A DNA stretch of 64,000 bases from assembly GCA_010093705.1 (NCBI GenBank), contig MU006091.1:310001-374000 (forward strand). The letters run 5' to 3'. The stretch comes from Patellaria atrata CBS 101060. Its lineage: Eukaryota. Both the position numbers and the translations under genes were made by a program. This document shows, piece by piece, positions 46,260 through 59,650 of this stretch. The notes beneath the pieces are model-generated. The model ran no database searches, had not been told where the DNA came from, and saw nothing but the letters and a program-made list of their open reading frames with translations. The first letter of the stretch is position 1, and each line of letters starts with the position of its first letter.

Positions 46260-47276
46260 ATGCGTGTGCTATTCGCCGTCCTTTTCGTTCTGCTCGTCTG
46301 CAATGGCTGTTTTACAAGAGGCGTGACGACGCAGTACCGCAGTTTGTATCCAGAGTTTGCGTTCATCTTCGAGCGTATCCTAGACGAGAACTGCAGTATA
46401 GAGTATGGTCGATATCTCACCGGCGAGCGTAACCTCACCTGACTCGAAGTTGACAGATGATACGGAGCAACCAAGACATCTTCTTTAGCACAGCCCGTGG
46501 CTGCTTGTATCATCAACCTGACTCCTGAATTTCTCAAAACAAATATGGCCAGCGCGGCCGTGATGCTCGGTCTAACTCCTTCTATCCTCGCAGTCCTAAG
46601 TCCAACAACTGTAGAGACATCCCTCCTTTTCATTGTGACCAGACGGCCACTGCTTGCACTTTGTCTCGCCGCTGGTTCCCCGGCAACGTTCTTGTCTCGT
46701 TCGGCGAATCATGCCGACCCACTTGAAGCTCTCGGTGGGCACCACAGCCAACTCTCTCCTCCAAAACTCTCAAATAATGGACATCGTATGGTCACGGTCG
46801 TGGAGTACCTCATAGCAATCGGTGCAATTATAAACATTGCATGGCTCAGCTATGAGCTGGGGATGTAGAGAACATGCACATTAGCTCCGCATGTCACATA
46901 TCTGCCCCTATTATGGGCATTCTTAGGGGTCCTGACACACCTATTCGGTGCATGGCATCTTCGGCTCCGTGTAGAATGCGAGAGGCCATACACCACACCA
47001 CTGCATTGGCTGAAGTTGCAGTTTACTCCACTAGCGCTACAGAAGCCACTTCGTGTACAGCCCATCAATGCGATTCCCCTCTATATCTTGGTTGGATGGT
47101 GGATCAGCGTTTATATCGCTTGTCAGATTACATTTGGCACTCTTATCTTTTCTAGAATGATGTTCATTTCGGTAAAGGTCAGTACAGCTATTATCGGTCG
47201 CTATATGTTGTCGGTGTTAAGCTGTAGGGCTGTTTTAATGTATGAGCTTGCAGTCCTGGGGGGACAAACAAAATGA
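46260..47276 (+). pseudogene. Fungal multi-TM hypothetical protein with three in-frame stops
   Basis: One continuous frame with a signal peptide and NMASAAVMLGLTPSIL, RRPLLALCLAAGSPA; stops at 46440 (TGA), ~46458 (TGA) and 46866 (TAG). Confidence 0.6.
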
Positions 47277-48156
47277 GGTCCCCGACTATGTTCCAGTAAC
47301 CTCGGGTTAGCAATCGAATTTGTTAAGGGAGTATCCGGGACTCCTCAGCAAAGATTTTACAATGCAGAGATCGATCTCCAGGTTGTTAGTTATGTAAGAG
47401 TATGTCTTATTGTTTTGTTTTGGTTCCTAGCTCTTCGAGACGAGATTTGATATTCTAGAATCTTGTCCACAGTCCCATAGTGTCCGTAGTCTTGTTTCGA
47501 TATCGTTTTTTTCAATATCTTTCCTCGTTTTCACTGTACGTTCGCTTTTATAGTATCTTAAAGGAAAACCAGGAATGTATAATGATTGCAAACATATGCG
47601 GACTAAACCTTACAGAAGTCGAGTGATGCCATTCATGTCAAAGAAGATGGAAAACAGTAGGCATGGGAGACTGTAGCTACAAGTAGGGCTCACCTCAAAG
47701 GTATTCACCTTCAAAATACAGAACTACTTTCCAAACTTTTTGAAGGTTTCATTCCCTTTTCCGTTTTGGTCTGACGTCATAAGCATGCGAAGTACCTGAA
47801 ACCCGATAGAAACGGTGTTATCAATGTAAATCATTGAAAGGTATTGAGCCAATCCATCGTTATGCGAAACTACCATGACAATGACAATCTGGTGATAGTG
47901 CTAAAGATGAAGATGCAGTACAAAAGTACGAAGTGATGTTTCCCACGCCTTGGCCAAAACTGGATAAAACTACGGAAGTGCCACAAAAGCCCGCACCGCC
48001 CACCGTACAGTACAAGCTCATCAATATCAATTACGCCTTCTCGACTCTCCGCACACTGCTCTAACATCCTCACAACTAGCAAATATGTCCATGCTCGCAC
48101 AACGGCTGTTTACCCTCACATATTTCAGACGCGCATTTTCAACGAGCACACGCACA

Positions 48157-49111
48157 ATGGCATCGAGATTACGAATAGGCTACGTTCCGGGTATAAACCC
48201 CACTTACTATATTTTTCCTCCGCTATAGCTATCAATTGACTCCCTGAATCCCAGAACACTTTTCCACGCCTCTATACTTCGCCTCGAAATATTACGATCT
48301 TTCCTCCGACCTCGTTCCCTTCCCCTCCGGCACTGGTCACATGGTTAAATCACTCCAGTCGAAAGAAATTGACGTCGGGATAGGTCTGACGGAGGGTTGG
48401 ATCGCTGGAATCGGAAAAGCAAAAGCGGAGGGCAAAGACCCGGGATACAGGCTCGTGGGTACATTTGTGGAGAGTCCGCTTCAATGGGCCATCAGTACCG
48501 GATCTAAGCGCGAGCTAGGAGGTGTAGCGGATCTCAAGGGGAAGAAGATGGGGGTATCGCGAATAGGCAGTGGTTCCTATGTCATGGGCTATGTTCTCGC
48601 AGACCAACAAGGGTGGTTGGAGAAGGGGCAAGATGCACCCTTTGAGGTCGTGCCATTAGATACCTTTACGAAGTTACGGGAGGGTGTGAATAATGAAAGA
48701 GCCGATTTCTTCATGTGGGAGCATTTTACATCGAAGAGGTATTACGACAATGGGGAGATTAAGAGGATAGGAGAGATCTATACTCCATGGAGTAGTTGGA
48801 AGATCGTTGCGAGGGATCCGACGGATAGGAGGATGCAGGCCATGTCGGATAGCATCAATAAGGGTATCGAACGTTTTAAGAATAACCAGGATGAAGCGGT
48901 GGAGTATATTAGCACGGAATTAGACTACTCGAAGGAGGATGCGACTAGGTGGTCGGATACCGTCCAATTCGCAGACAATGTGAGGGGCGTGGATCCCGGT
49001 GTCATAAGCAAGACAATTGACATTCTCGCAAAGGCGGGAGTAGTTGAGAAAGATAAGTTGTCTAACGAGGATGTCATCGCTATCAAGCGGGTATCGAGAG
49101 CAGATTCGTAA
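48157..49111 (+). CDS. Periplasmic-binding-protein type II fold protein (NMT1/THI5-like), 1 intron
   Basis: LRIGYVP/EHFSTP, PSGTGHM, IGLTEGW, GVSRIGSGS, FMWEHFT, TPWSSW. Confidence 0.85.
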
Positions 49112-49190
49112 TGACATGAGCGTAACGGTCGTCCGGGATACTATTGTAAATAGCTGTAATTGCTCATCATAAGTAATTGCATTAATCTTT

Positions 49191-50051
49191 TCACGTTTCC
49201 TCTGGAACCGTGTCCGGATCCGTCTTCTTGCCTCCGCCAGCAATCAGGTCTAGGAATCCCTTCTTGCTCATCTCTGTAACCTTCTCCTGCTTCTTGTCTA
49301 ACCCAACGACACCCTGTTTCCTCGCCTCTCTTGCCGCTTGTTCACCTTTAACCTGGGCTGCGCGGAACGCATTAAAGAGCTTAATAACACCTCTTTGCGC
49401 GATCTTTCTTAGCTTTTTCTCCTTCTCAGTTATCTCCGCCGTAGACGTATCAGTGCTCTGCAACCCCAACACATCCGTGACCCTCCCCTTATCTAGAGCC
49501 TGTCTCTTCTCCTCCCTCAACTTATGCCGGGCTTTAGCTTCGAGTTTCGCATCCGCCAACTCCTTATTCGCCAATGCAGCGTCCTTGCTACGAGATAGGA
49601 CAGGGTCTGCACGTTTCGATGTCGATAACTTTGATGATAGAATCTTCTCAATCGACGTAGCGAATGCTTGCGGGTCATTCCGCTTTTTCATCTTCCTCCC
49701 TGGCGCACTCGTAGAATTGTCTGATTCCGAATCTTCAATATTCTCGTCTTCCCCTTCGGATACGCCAGTGGGATCGGTCAGCTCGGCATCCTTATCCATT
49801 TCGCTGCCCGAAGCGCCTTCTTCGGAACCTGAAGATGATTTTGCTGCACTTTTATTCTTCTTCGAATTTATTTCTTCCTTTTCGCTCTCAGAATCCTGAA
49901 CATTCACCGCCGTAAAGTCTTGGCTGTCGTCTTCTTCATCTTCGGTTGAACTATGGTATGCTTTTTGCTTCTTGAACTTCTTAACCTTTTTTGGGGCTCT
50001 GTTTCGAAGCTGCTCCTCTGTTCTTCGACGCTTAAGTGTAGTTGAAGGCAT
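49191..50051 (-). CDS. RRP15: Ribosome biogenesis protein Rrp15
   Basis: Acidic N-half; AFATSIEKIL, PVLSRS, EKKLRKIAQRGVIKLFNA, MSKKGFLDLI. Confidence 0.9.
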   Translation of the reverse strand: MPSTTLKRRRTEEQLRNRAPKKVKKFKKQKAYHSSTEDEEDDSQDFTAVNVQDSESEKEEINSKKNKSAAKSSSGSEEGASGSEMDKDAELTDPTGVSEGEDENIEDSESDNSTSAPGRKMKKRNDPQAFATSIEKILSSKLSTSKRADPVLSRSKDAALANKELADAKLEAKARHKLREEKRQALDKGRVTDVLGLQSTDTSTAEITEKEKKLRKIAQRGVIKLFNAFRAAQVKGEQAAREARKQGVVGLDKKQEKVTEMSKKGFLDLIAGGGKKTDPDTVPEET

Positions 50052-50351
50052 TCTTTTGAGTCGTGTTCGTAGGGGTGTGGAGTTTGTAGAATAGTGGTGA
50101 ATATTTTGAACTTTTAGTTGCAATTTTTCGCGCCCGCAATAACTGACTAAGCGGTTAAACTTCCTCCTGATGCCCCATTATCACCAATCTCATCAAAACC
50201 TCACCAATGCTCTCTTTCAAGTCTTTCGTTTGTATCTGACTTTTGCACTCACTCAATAGATATTTACTTGGTCACTAGCCCAGTGCCATAGATTCCAAGA
50301 TAGTTAACTCGAGTAGATAAAAAAAAGTAAAAGGAAGCATAATAGAAGTGC

Positions 50352-50562
50352 AAAAAAAAAAAAAAATTAAAGAAAAATTGCAAAACAGTTCCCACCTCTC
50401 CGAAGAGAGGTGGTACATCTGCCGCCCTCAACTGAGGGCCCGAAATATGGGGGCTTTTTGCCCCCTCGGGGAATCGACCCCGGGGTTGTCGAGATATGCC
50501 CAGTGGTCGTTACCACTGGGCTACCCCGGGAGATGTTAGATGGTTGCGGAATTATTGTTTAT
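50352..50562 (-). ncRNA. Structured Pol III-type ncRNA or SINE-like element, copy 2
   Basis: Same as 5140-5334: A-box TAGCCCAGTGGTAA, B-box-like GGGTCGATTCCC, perfect ccacctctc-TTCG-gagaggtgg hairpin, poly-T tail and an upstream TATA-like ttataaac. Confidence 0.65.
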
Positions 50563-50868
50563 AAACCATTGGGGGAAGGAGCCATCGGGGAAAGTGACTG
50601 AGCTGTTTGTATCCCTTGTGACTTATTCTCTCTGCTAATAAATGCGTTGCATAGACTTCAAAGGGGTGTGTGCTCGCTGATTAGAACTACAATTTCGAAC
50701 GAATTCCATCTATGAGACGCACCTAGCACTTTCCGATTATCTCTTTCAACTACAGACGATTAAGATATACAATACATTACATATCACAATAAGGCTAATC
50801 TTAAACCTAAAAAGCTAAAATCACTCAATCACTCAACCCCTAACCCGTCGTCCCTATGTTCCCTTCCC

Positions 50869-51693
50869 CTAAAACTTCCCCCTCAACAAATTCCCCAAAA
50901 TCTCCCGTCCATTTATCAAGACCGTCCTCCACAGTGTCGGGAAATCCAGCGTCGATGTAAACGTATCCGCAAACCCAAACGCCAGCATCGGGGGGATCCA
51001 GCCTCTCGCGTACTCAAGCGCAAAACACGTGGACTCCATCTTGTACTGCTTAACCTGACCGCGTTTCAGCAAGTGCACGCTACCCTGCGGGTAGACCTCT
51101 GCTTCGAAAGAGCCCGGAACGTGGGCGAGCTGCGTCCCGTGGAGGATGTGGAAGTAGTCATCGGCGGTGTGGCGGCCGGTGTGACCTTCGGTGCCTATGG
51201 CGGTGCCTGTGGCGGTATTAGAAGATTGAAAGGGGAAGAGGTGGGAATGATACAGACCGAAGATTATGACGTATTCAGTGATGCCTGGTCCTGATGTTAG
51301 TAAGGTAAAAAGGGGGTATGCACATTGGGAGCAAGATGAATCAAGAACGTGATTCCATGCTCTGCTCGTCTTCGTTCTCGGAAGAAGTTATCAGGCCGGG
51401 CTCTTACTGGAATGGATGATCCGCATTGCGCCCATTGCGCCTCCAGCATTGTTGAATACCCATTCTTCGTCGGTGTTGATATAACCGTTCGGGAATTTTT
51501 TATCGAGGTCACGGACGATGGAATCAACGACACTGCGTGTCTCATTACCGTAAGCTTCTATTGCTTTCAGTGATAGATTCTGCAGATCAGTGGGATCAAA
51601 AATATAAAATTTATGCAAATTTGCATTTAGATATGCGAACACAGCGACGATAAAGGCAAAAGTGAGTGCTATGTAGCGTATAGTTTGGCTCAT
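50869..51693 (-). CDS. ERG2: C-8 sterol isomerase, 2 introns
   Basis: EEWVFNNAGGAMGAM, ITEYVIIF, GTEGHTGRHTADDYF, ALEYARGWIPPML. Confidence 0.95.
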
Positions 51694-52244
51694 TTTCGGT
51701 ACAGTGAATTGACTTCAAAGAAAAGAAAATTCAAAAGACAATTGACGAATGATAATAGATACGTACATAAGTATTAATACTTCCCTTCAAATTACTGTCT
51801 ATTTTGCTACAGAAATGTAGTAGTCAGCTAGGGTAAATATAGATCAAGTATCAGTTCATCCGGAAGCGAGTTTCCCGATTCTCTCGGCAACAACGTTCAG
51901 CGTTATCCGTTCTCGGCACGAACGGCTTGGAACGGTAATGCTAGATGACAACATCTTCTATTCATAATTCCTCTCGTGTCCGCTTACAAGGCGTCCGCGG
52001 ACTCCGTCAACTATGATCAATCTACAGGGAGTGGATGCAATGCCATCTTATATCTCCTATGGGATATTGCTCTAGATCTACTGAATGTTGGAGTATAGAT
52101 GTCTTCCCCTTTCGCCGTATTCTCCTTCTAATCTCTGACATTATAGTCTTTCGTGTATTTTCATCGATCATGTCTTGTCCACCAAACCCAGTTGAATGGT
52201 TCTAATATCCCGAATCTACGCTGATTCCTCTCTAAATTTCCCAC

Positions 52245-53867
52245 CTATACCACTTCGAGATTCCTCGCTTCTCCGTAACCATTATATGCTACGCCTCTCA
52301 AGTTCCACTCAGGACATTCGACCTGCATATTTCCTCCCTTGTCTGTAGCTCGACTTAGGACTCTCTTCCCCTTCCCCTTCTCGGCCTTCACCCTTCCTCG
52401 CCAGAGACTCCAAGCCCATTTCAACCCGACATCTTTCGGTATCTCTAGCAATCGAGGCTCTCCATGCGCCGACAAGATCTCTGCTTCAACCCATGAAGCA
52501 CCCTCATCACCAGACAGTTCAACCTTATCTACCGGTCCGTGGTCTCCTGATGGGAGTGCATAACCCCGTACTTCGATGCATCCGTCTTCACCTAGTTCTA
52601 CGGTGCTGTCGTTAGCGGGGATTGCGACGACACTGTTTACCGGCATATCCTGGATCGCAGGGACTTTGTCCCACCATTCTTTCGCCTTCTCACCATCTGT
52701 GACGGTGGGAGGAAGGATCTTGTAGTCGCGCTGCTGATAGAAGTTTGGAGATTCTGTTTCCGATACTGTGATTTTGTCGAGCCATTTCACAGATCGGGCG
52801 CCTGCGATTCCGGGAGCGATGATGCGTATTGGGGCACCATGGGCTGGTGGAATGGGTTTGCCGTTCATCTAATTGTTAATCAGAGGATACTATTCGCAAA
52901 CGAATGAATACTTGGGGAATTAATACCTTCAAAGCAATAATGACATCGGCATCCACCCTCATCGCCCTTGCCAGGGGAATGCTACCCCCGTAGTAACTGT
53001 CGTCCTCAGTAGGTTGCTGGTGACAGGCGAAGAGCACATGGCCCTGCTCTTCCCCTTCAGTTTGGACTTTACCCTCTCTTATCTTAAGCCCGGCTCTTAG
53101 GAGGACATCCCGTAGCCTCGGACCGGTCCAGATGCAGTTCATGACCGCTCCATCGAACCAGTCGATCCCTTGGACTTCTTTCAGTTGCGTGCGCATGGTG
53201 TGACGTCGGTTTCCAGCGCATTGTAGGGCACATATCACAGTGTGTTGGGGAAATTCGGTGGCCAAAGACGACACAGTAAGGGATAGGAGATTTTGGACGA
53301 GGCCATCCACTTGGAGAGAATGAGCATCTTCATTGATTACCGGGATGGAACTGGTATAGAAATCTTAGTATATCGAATAGAAGTATTGCAAAACTAAGTG
53401 GGAGAGAGACTTCGCGTACCTATGGTTACGATCGAAGCCATCCTTTTCCGTTATGAAGCTATGCAATGTCAGAGTTGTTCGGAGAGAGTTATACAGAGCC
53501 CTTTCTTTATGGTTGTCTCCATACGATTGCTGTACACATAACGGTATTCTATCAAGTTCGACTCTTTCAGATTGAACGTGTCTTATCTGCAAAGCCCATG
53601 CAGTTTCAACAATAGCGTACAGCACAGTAAGACAGCACTACGTGAGTATCAAGGGGATGTCGAACGTAACCTATAATTAAAGGGGAAATTTAGCTTGCTC
53701 TACTTACTGAGCGATGAGTTGCTCCAATGGTGGTTCCCTATTCAAGGGCTCATCACCCGTATATATGTACTATATTCACAATTCCTGATTAGCTCCATGT
53801 TCAAATACAATTTACTATGTTTCCAGGTTGTGAATTGAGGAGGGATACATACAGTTTCGACTGACAT
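52245..53867 (-). CDS. Sulfite oxidase-family molybdoenzyme with no cytochrome b5 domain seen; several small 5' exons
   Basis: PLNREPP, FDRNH, LQCAGNRR, YYGGSIP, HGAPIR, GARSVKWL, WNLRGVAYN. Confidence 0.88.
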
Positions 53868-54417
53868 TTCTAAGTGTCTTGTCAAACACCCCTAGATTAG
53901 TTCTCGAATGTGTCAGCCGAGTTCCTGGGTAGATATATGAAGTGTTATCAGTTTATGTTTCCAACCGTGTGGGTTCAATGCAATGTTCGTTGTCCGAAAT
54001 CCTTCCGCAATTTTATGTACTGGAGAGGTAAGATGACTTGTCGAAGGTCAACTGGACGAAGCTAATTTTAAAGCTTGCAATTCCGACGCAAAGCGGGCAT
54101 GACGCGCAACTTCCTTTTCTGACTCTCATGATCTGATCACCTGTATGCTTACCTACCTTACTCCGTCATCGTGAACAAGACCTGCGCTTATTAAGATATT
54201 AGTTTCCGTTATTCAGGTCCGGTTGCTGACTGAAATGTATCGATCGAGACTTTAACATAAACCACCAATAGTTCTAACGGTCTCTCCCGACGGAAGGCTA
54301 GTATTCTGTTCAAAAGTCTTCCATCACTTAATGCTGTCTCTAGAAGGGATCTGGCTTACCCGTGCAGTCTCGAGATATATAATTCGTGTACGGATATTCG
54401 GAAACTATTCAGTCTAA

Positions 54418-57400
54418 CTACGAGAAATCTATCTTCCAACCCTTCGCAATCAGGACACCTGGATCCCTTACAACTGCCCAGCTACCCTTTCCACCAGCCG
54501 CTGCATGATATTGAAGACTTACTGATTTCTTCTTGCTACTATCTTTCGCTCCCTCCTCTGCAATACTAACCTGAGTTTTTGACTTCCATGAGTTAGGAGC
54601 TCCGACAATGATGACCCTCTCAACCCTAACCTTCGCCATCGCCTTTAGGTACGCTGCAGTCTTGCTACCCTTAGTACTGATATCCTCAGACGAGAGAATC
54701 CCGGTCTCCTGGTTGAATGAGAACTTGCGATGTATGTAAGCACCCTGCTGATAGTCGAAAGTCTCCCCATCGTCAACGTAGAGACTACCCTCGGCATTAC
54801 CCGCCTTATCAAGCACAATGAGTAGAGTGTAAGGATCGTATCGCATTAGTCCACTGCTTCTTCTTGGTCTGTCACGGCGGGGAATGATGTGCCCTCCTTG
54901 CATCAGAAGTGGAATCTTCTCTAAAGGAGCTTTGTATGTATGACTACCCTTCCCCGAATAGACCGTATAGTCAAAGTAATCGTAGTAGGGCTCATCATCA
55001 GCGATATAGATATCAGCGCTCTCAGCACCTTCTTGAACGATAGGCTTAGCTAAGAGACCGGTTGAGCCGATGTATAACTGGTCATCAATAGCGAAACCTT
55101 TTTCATCCGAGGGATGGACATAGAAGTTGGGGCGAATGATCGGTGAACCATCAATACTTGCTTCGTGGAACGCAGTATACCACGCTGGTAACAAAGAATA
55201 CCGCAACCGAATAGCTTGTGTGATTATCTGGGTGTATGGGGTTCCAGCGAGGTAGGGCTCCCGTCGTCGAGTATCAATGTGAGCATGTCCACGGAAGAAG
55301 GGATAAAAAGTCCCACTCTGGTACCAACGTGTAAGTAGTTCCTTGGTTGGGTTGCCGAAGAAGCCACCAACATCCGAACCGACGAAAGGAAATCCCGAAA
55401 TGCCCTGATTCAGAAGCATGGGTAGTGCAGCGCGAAGATGACCCCAATCCGCAAGGTTATCGCCCGTCCACACGGCACCAAGCCGCTGACTACCAGCAAA
55501 GAAGGCGCGGCTGAGTACGAATGGACGCTGAATCTCACCTTTCTTGCGTTCTATTAAGCCCTCATGGGTAGCATTGTGGACAGTCATGCCGTAGATATTG
55601 TGGACATCGCGATGCTCCCAATTACCGTAGTGGATGTTGTCTTTCGGCATGGTAGTCTCCGGGCCGTTGAATACGGATGGCTCATTCATATCATTCCATA
55701 AGAATGTATTCTTTGCTGTGCCAATAAACTTTTTGAACTGGTAGAGTGACTTCCACCAAGCTCTTGCAGCAGGATTGAAGCTGTCAATCCAATGAGAAGA
55801 TCCCGGCCAACACCAACCTTCAGAGATGGAACCTTCCTTGTTATGAACACCCAGATCTTTGTTTCTAAGGTCCTCGTCAACATGATAGTTATTTTCGTTC
55901 TTGATGTGCGGGTCAATGATGACCACCACTTTTCGCTCATGCTCGTCGAGTTGTTTGTGCATCTTGTCAGGATGCGGAAAGTTCAAGGGATCCCAAGTGA
56001 AATATTTCTTGCCATCTGTATACTCGATGTCGAGCCAAATGACATCATAGGGGATCCTATGCTTATCGAACTTTCGATCGACATCCATGACATCCTGATC
56101 GGTTACATAGTTCCATCGACATTGGTGATATCCTATAACTGATGCCTGAGGTAGCTGTGAGTAGCCTGTCAGTTCACCATATTTCTTTGTTATATCCTTT
56201 GGTGTTGGTCCAAGGAAGACAAATAAATCAAGCTGTCCACTTTCCGAAAACCAATGGGTTTGTGTCGAGCTCTTTCCGGCAACCCCAAGGCTTAAAGCAT
56301 TCGCCACAGATTTCCCCTTGATAATATCTACCCAGGTCTCCGCAGCATTCAACCAGAAAACACCGACGGTGGAATCTTTGGCTTGAGCTTGCATAAGTGG
56401 TATCACTCCATACAAAGTCATTGGACTATCAAGTTCATACTCAAACACATCAGAGTTATAAAGGCGGTAGGGATCAGTATATCCTCCATCACCACCCCTA
56501 GACAATCAATTAGTAGGGCTCTAGACGTTACGATCGAGAGCTGTACCTTGTTTGCTTTAGGGACATTGAGCTAGCATGTTCTGGGATCCCATAGACATGG
56601 TCATATCCGGGGAAAGAGATATCTAATCCAATACTCTCTGGGCCCCTGGGTTTGGAATCCGTATTACCTCCAAAAGATTCTTCCCACCATGTACTTTCAT
56701 CCTCGGTGGATTCAGTAGCTGTGTCTTGCAGTACCTGCTGCTCCTCACCTTCTTTTGGCTCGATGGTCTCTTTCTCAACTTTCGCCCTCCAGTGCTCTAC
56801 GTTGAGTAGCCCTCGTTCATTGAGTTGGATATGTGTCTTTCCATCCCGGTTGAAATCGATTCCAAAAGGAGAATGACGTAAAACAGCCTCATACGCTCCG
56901 GCTGGGCCGTATAGAACCTTCGTAGTCTGGGTTCCTGCATCATTGCTTAATGCCGCCCCTTTATTAGGTTCTAATCCTCCTACAATTGCCCAATTGGCAG
57001 CTTCGTTATAACGTTCTTTTCTAACTTTACTATCATGCCGAAGAACGATGTCACCCTTCTGGCGTTTTTCTTCATCAATCGTGATTCTGACAGTTCCAGA
57101 CTCCAGAAAAGTGATAATTATGGGCAATCGAACTTTCTCTTTGGAGTTGTCCAACTTCTTCAAAATTGTACCAGACAATTTTCCGTCATTGAAGGCGATC
57201 GAATTCGGATCTAGGGCATATGGGGACTGCCATGTTGATATGGAGGATGCGTTATCGGCGAAGGCTCTGTTACGTTTACAGAACCCGGACTGAGCACATG
57301 TTTTGAAGGTATCGTGTTTCACCGAAACTGTAGGCGGAGCGAGGTTTTAGTTTACTATGCCAATAGCTATCTGTACGATATTTTGAACGTACCAGACGGG

Positions 57401-57477
57401 ACAACAAGGCATGCAAGGAAAGTCAAATAGAATAGCAACATTGTCCACCTTCGGGACAGATCCCCTTGGCACCGCAT
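54418..57477 (-). CDS. ROT2: Glucosidase II alpha subunit (GH31), 2 introns
   Basis: Signal peptide; FKTCAQSGFCKRNR; YHQCRWNY; IWLDIEY; WNDMNEPSVF; WTGDN; FFRGHAH. Confidence 0.95.
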
Positions 57478-59650
57478 CCCCAGTTAGAAGAGACAGGAAT
57501 AGAATTGAGAGCTATCAAACTTGAATCGATTATGGCACTCTCCAAGTTCCATCCATCACACTTCGTGACAGATGTGCTTTGCATTGATGGTTAATATAGG
57601 CAACCGCATTTATACTTCTCTGAGCCCTCTACTCTTATCGTCCGCCGTAGAGCTCAAGCTTCATAGAAGTGCTCCATCCCCGCGCCCGCTCAACGGCACT
57701 CCCTAACCTTCCCGGCATACGTCCTGCATATCAGTTGGTTATCAAGTCAACATCAATTAGATATGCAGTCTACTATATGCATCCCGAGGTTTAAGATATA
57801 CTGACAGATGCAAGTAGCGCAGCTTAGCCCGTCGGGGAACACGGAATGCAGATATCGGGTCCACTGGATAACCCAACTACTGTTTGCTCAGCAATATCAC
57901 AAACCTCTTCGTCATGTCGGCCCTGAGCTCTTTCAATGTTAGACAAACCAAGTTTTGCTCTCGATAGAGGTATCAAATCCGTCCAATGGCGACCCAACCT
58001 ACTAGAAAGCCATTCGGTTTGAACCTCTGTCAACGGCTTTGAAAACTTTGAGGGAGCGGTGAGGAGGACGAAATATGAAAGAATTCCACAAGAACCATCT
58101 TGAAGTCATGATGTGCCATGATTGACCTTGAGTATCCTTGGGAGTACATTGATAGCGCGCTCTTTTGACGCCAGGTGTATACACCATTTCATTAACATTC
58201 TTGCACACCGCTGCTGGCCCCCAAAGTGGAGTCTCCGCAACGTACCTAGCATGTTCTTGCAGGTATTTATTAGCTCAGTCTATCCTACAGAAGTTACAGA
58301 AGAAAGAGCTCGACAACGAATCAATATATCCTCTGCTCCGCGACCAGGTTCAGAAACGTGTAAAACACGGTCTTCGGTAGGTACCCATGGAAAGCTGCAT
58401 CGCCACGTTGCTGCTCAACACGTTAGAAGATACACAATCTTGATAAATTCCTCGGTTCTGCAGCTATGCATCTTGTACCGACTTTGGACGGATCTTCGTT
58501 CTACTTTAGTACAAGTATCAGTGTCGAATACACTCAGTTCCTCAACACGCAATATTCCATCCGTCTATATGTCGGGTGGCTGCAAGAAATAATAATCGTC
58601 GCTACCGCAATCAGAGTCATATGTTTGCTCGAATGGACATCAGTCCGGACGGTTCACTGAGACCATCTACTTAAAAACCGTGAGTGACTGCGATCAAAGT
58701 ATTTTCTGCACGATACAACTAGAGAAGAACACGGCAGCAACCTTACTTCCTACCTTCTGCATCCCAATTGATCATTTCGCATATTTCCTCCTGCAGTCGC
58801 TTCAATTCCCTCGTCAGACCCTCGTTTATTGAACATACACAATGGCAAGCTTAGCCGCGCTCTTTCCTCTTATACCCGCACCTTACGATGACCTCGATGA
58901 AGTTCTGTCATTGTTACGTCCAGTTCGCGTAGAGGTTGACATCGATGAATTCGGTCATCGCGAACGTTCAAGAGGGGATCCTCCTTCTCCTCCACCTCAA
59001 CCACCACCAAGCCCTTCTGGCTGGTCTTTCCAGCTAAAAGAGACCGAGGGGTTTCTCGATTCGTTCCACACTGTATGCTTCCTCTTTTTAGTTGGCATGG
59101 CAATATGTTGATCATCCTTGTAGGGTCCTTGCTGCCCACGAGCGTAGAGATTCGAATGTCTTTTTGCTACTTCGGAATACGACACATTCCGCTGCGTACT
59201 ATCAGCATGAGCACATAGAAGATATCGCATAGACCAGGCGCTTTTGTTTATTAGACGTGATTGATTTGTTTCACACTCCTTGGTTGCCCTGTTTATCTCA
59301 AATATCTTTATTAGAATACAGTCTCCTGCAAAGTCACATCCCGTTATCTCTACATATTTCTGTGGCCATTTAGACCTGGAAGCTTTAGGGGCATATACGG
59401 CGTTATATTATCATACGAAAGCAAAAGTACAATATGTAGCGACATATATTTCACTTTGCATTGTTATCCGACATAATGGAATGCTTGGCGCTCCCCTTTC
59501 CAACTCTTTGTCGTGATCTACTTGACCACCCCGCCGTTTTCATACCTATTTTCCCTTCGATGTGAACATGATGATATACCCAGGTCTTTCTCACCTCGTA
59601 CTAATGTCCCAGTGGATATTGTGGCATTCACCTAAAGTCTATCAACAGCA

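Noticed and set aside
5684..47276. Alternative genetic code (TGA=Trp) to explain in-frame stops
   Set aside because: Conserved genes use TGG for Trp and TGA as a true stop (GCP5, TLG1), and the disrupted genes also contain TAA, TAG and frameshifts.
42219..53867. Lipid-metabolism cluster (racemase, ceramidase, ERG2)
   Set aside because: The genes are interspersed with unrelated housekeeping genes and share no clear pathway logic.
58842..59230. Short Pro-rich ORF, possibly a gene remnant
   Set aside because: Several stops follow and no domain is identifiable.
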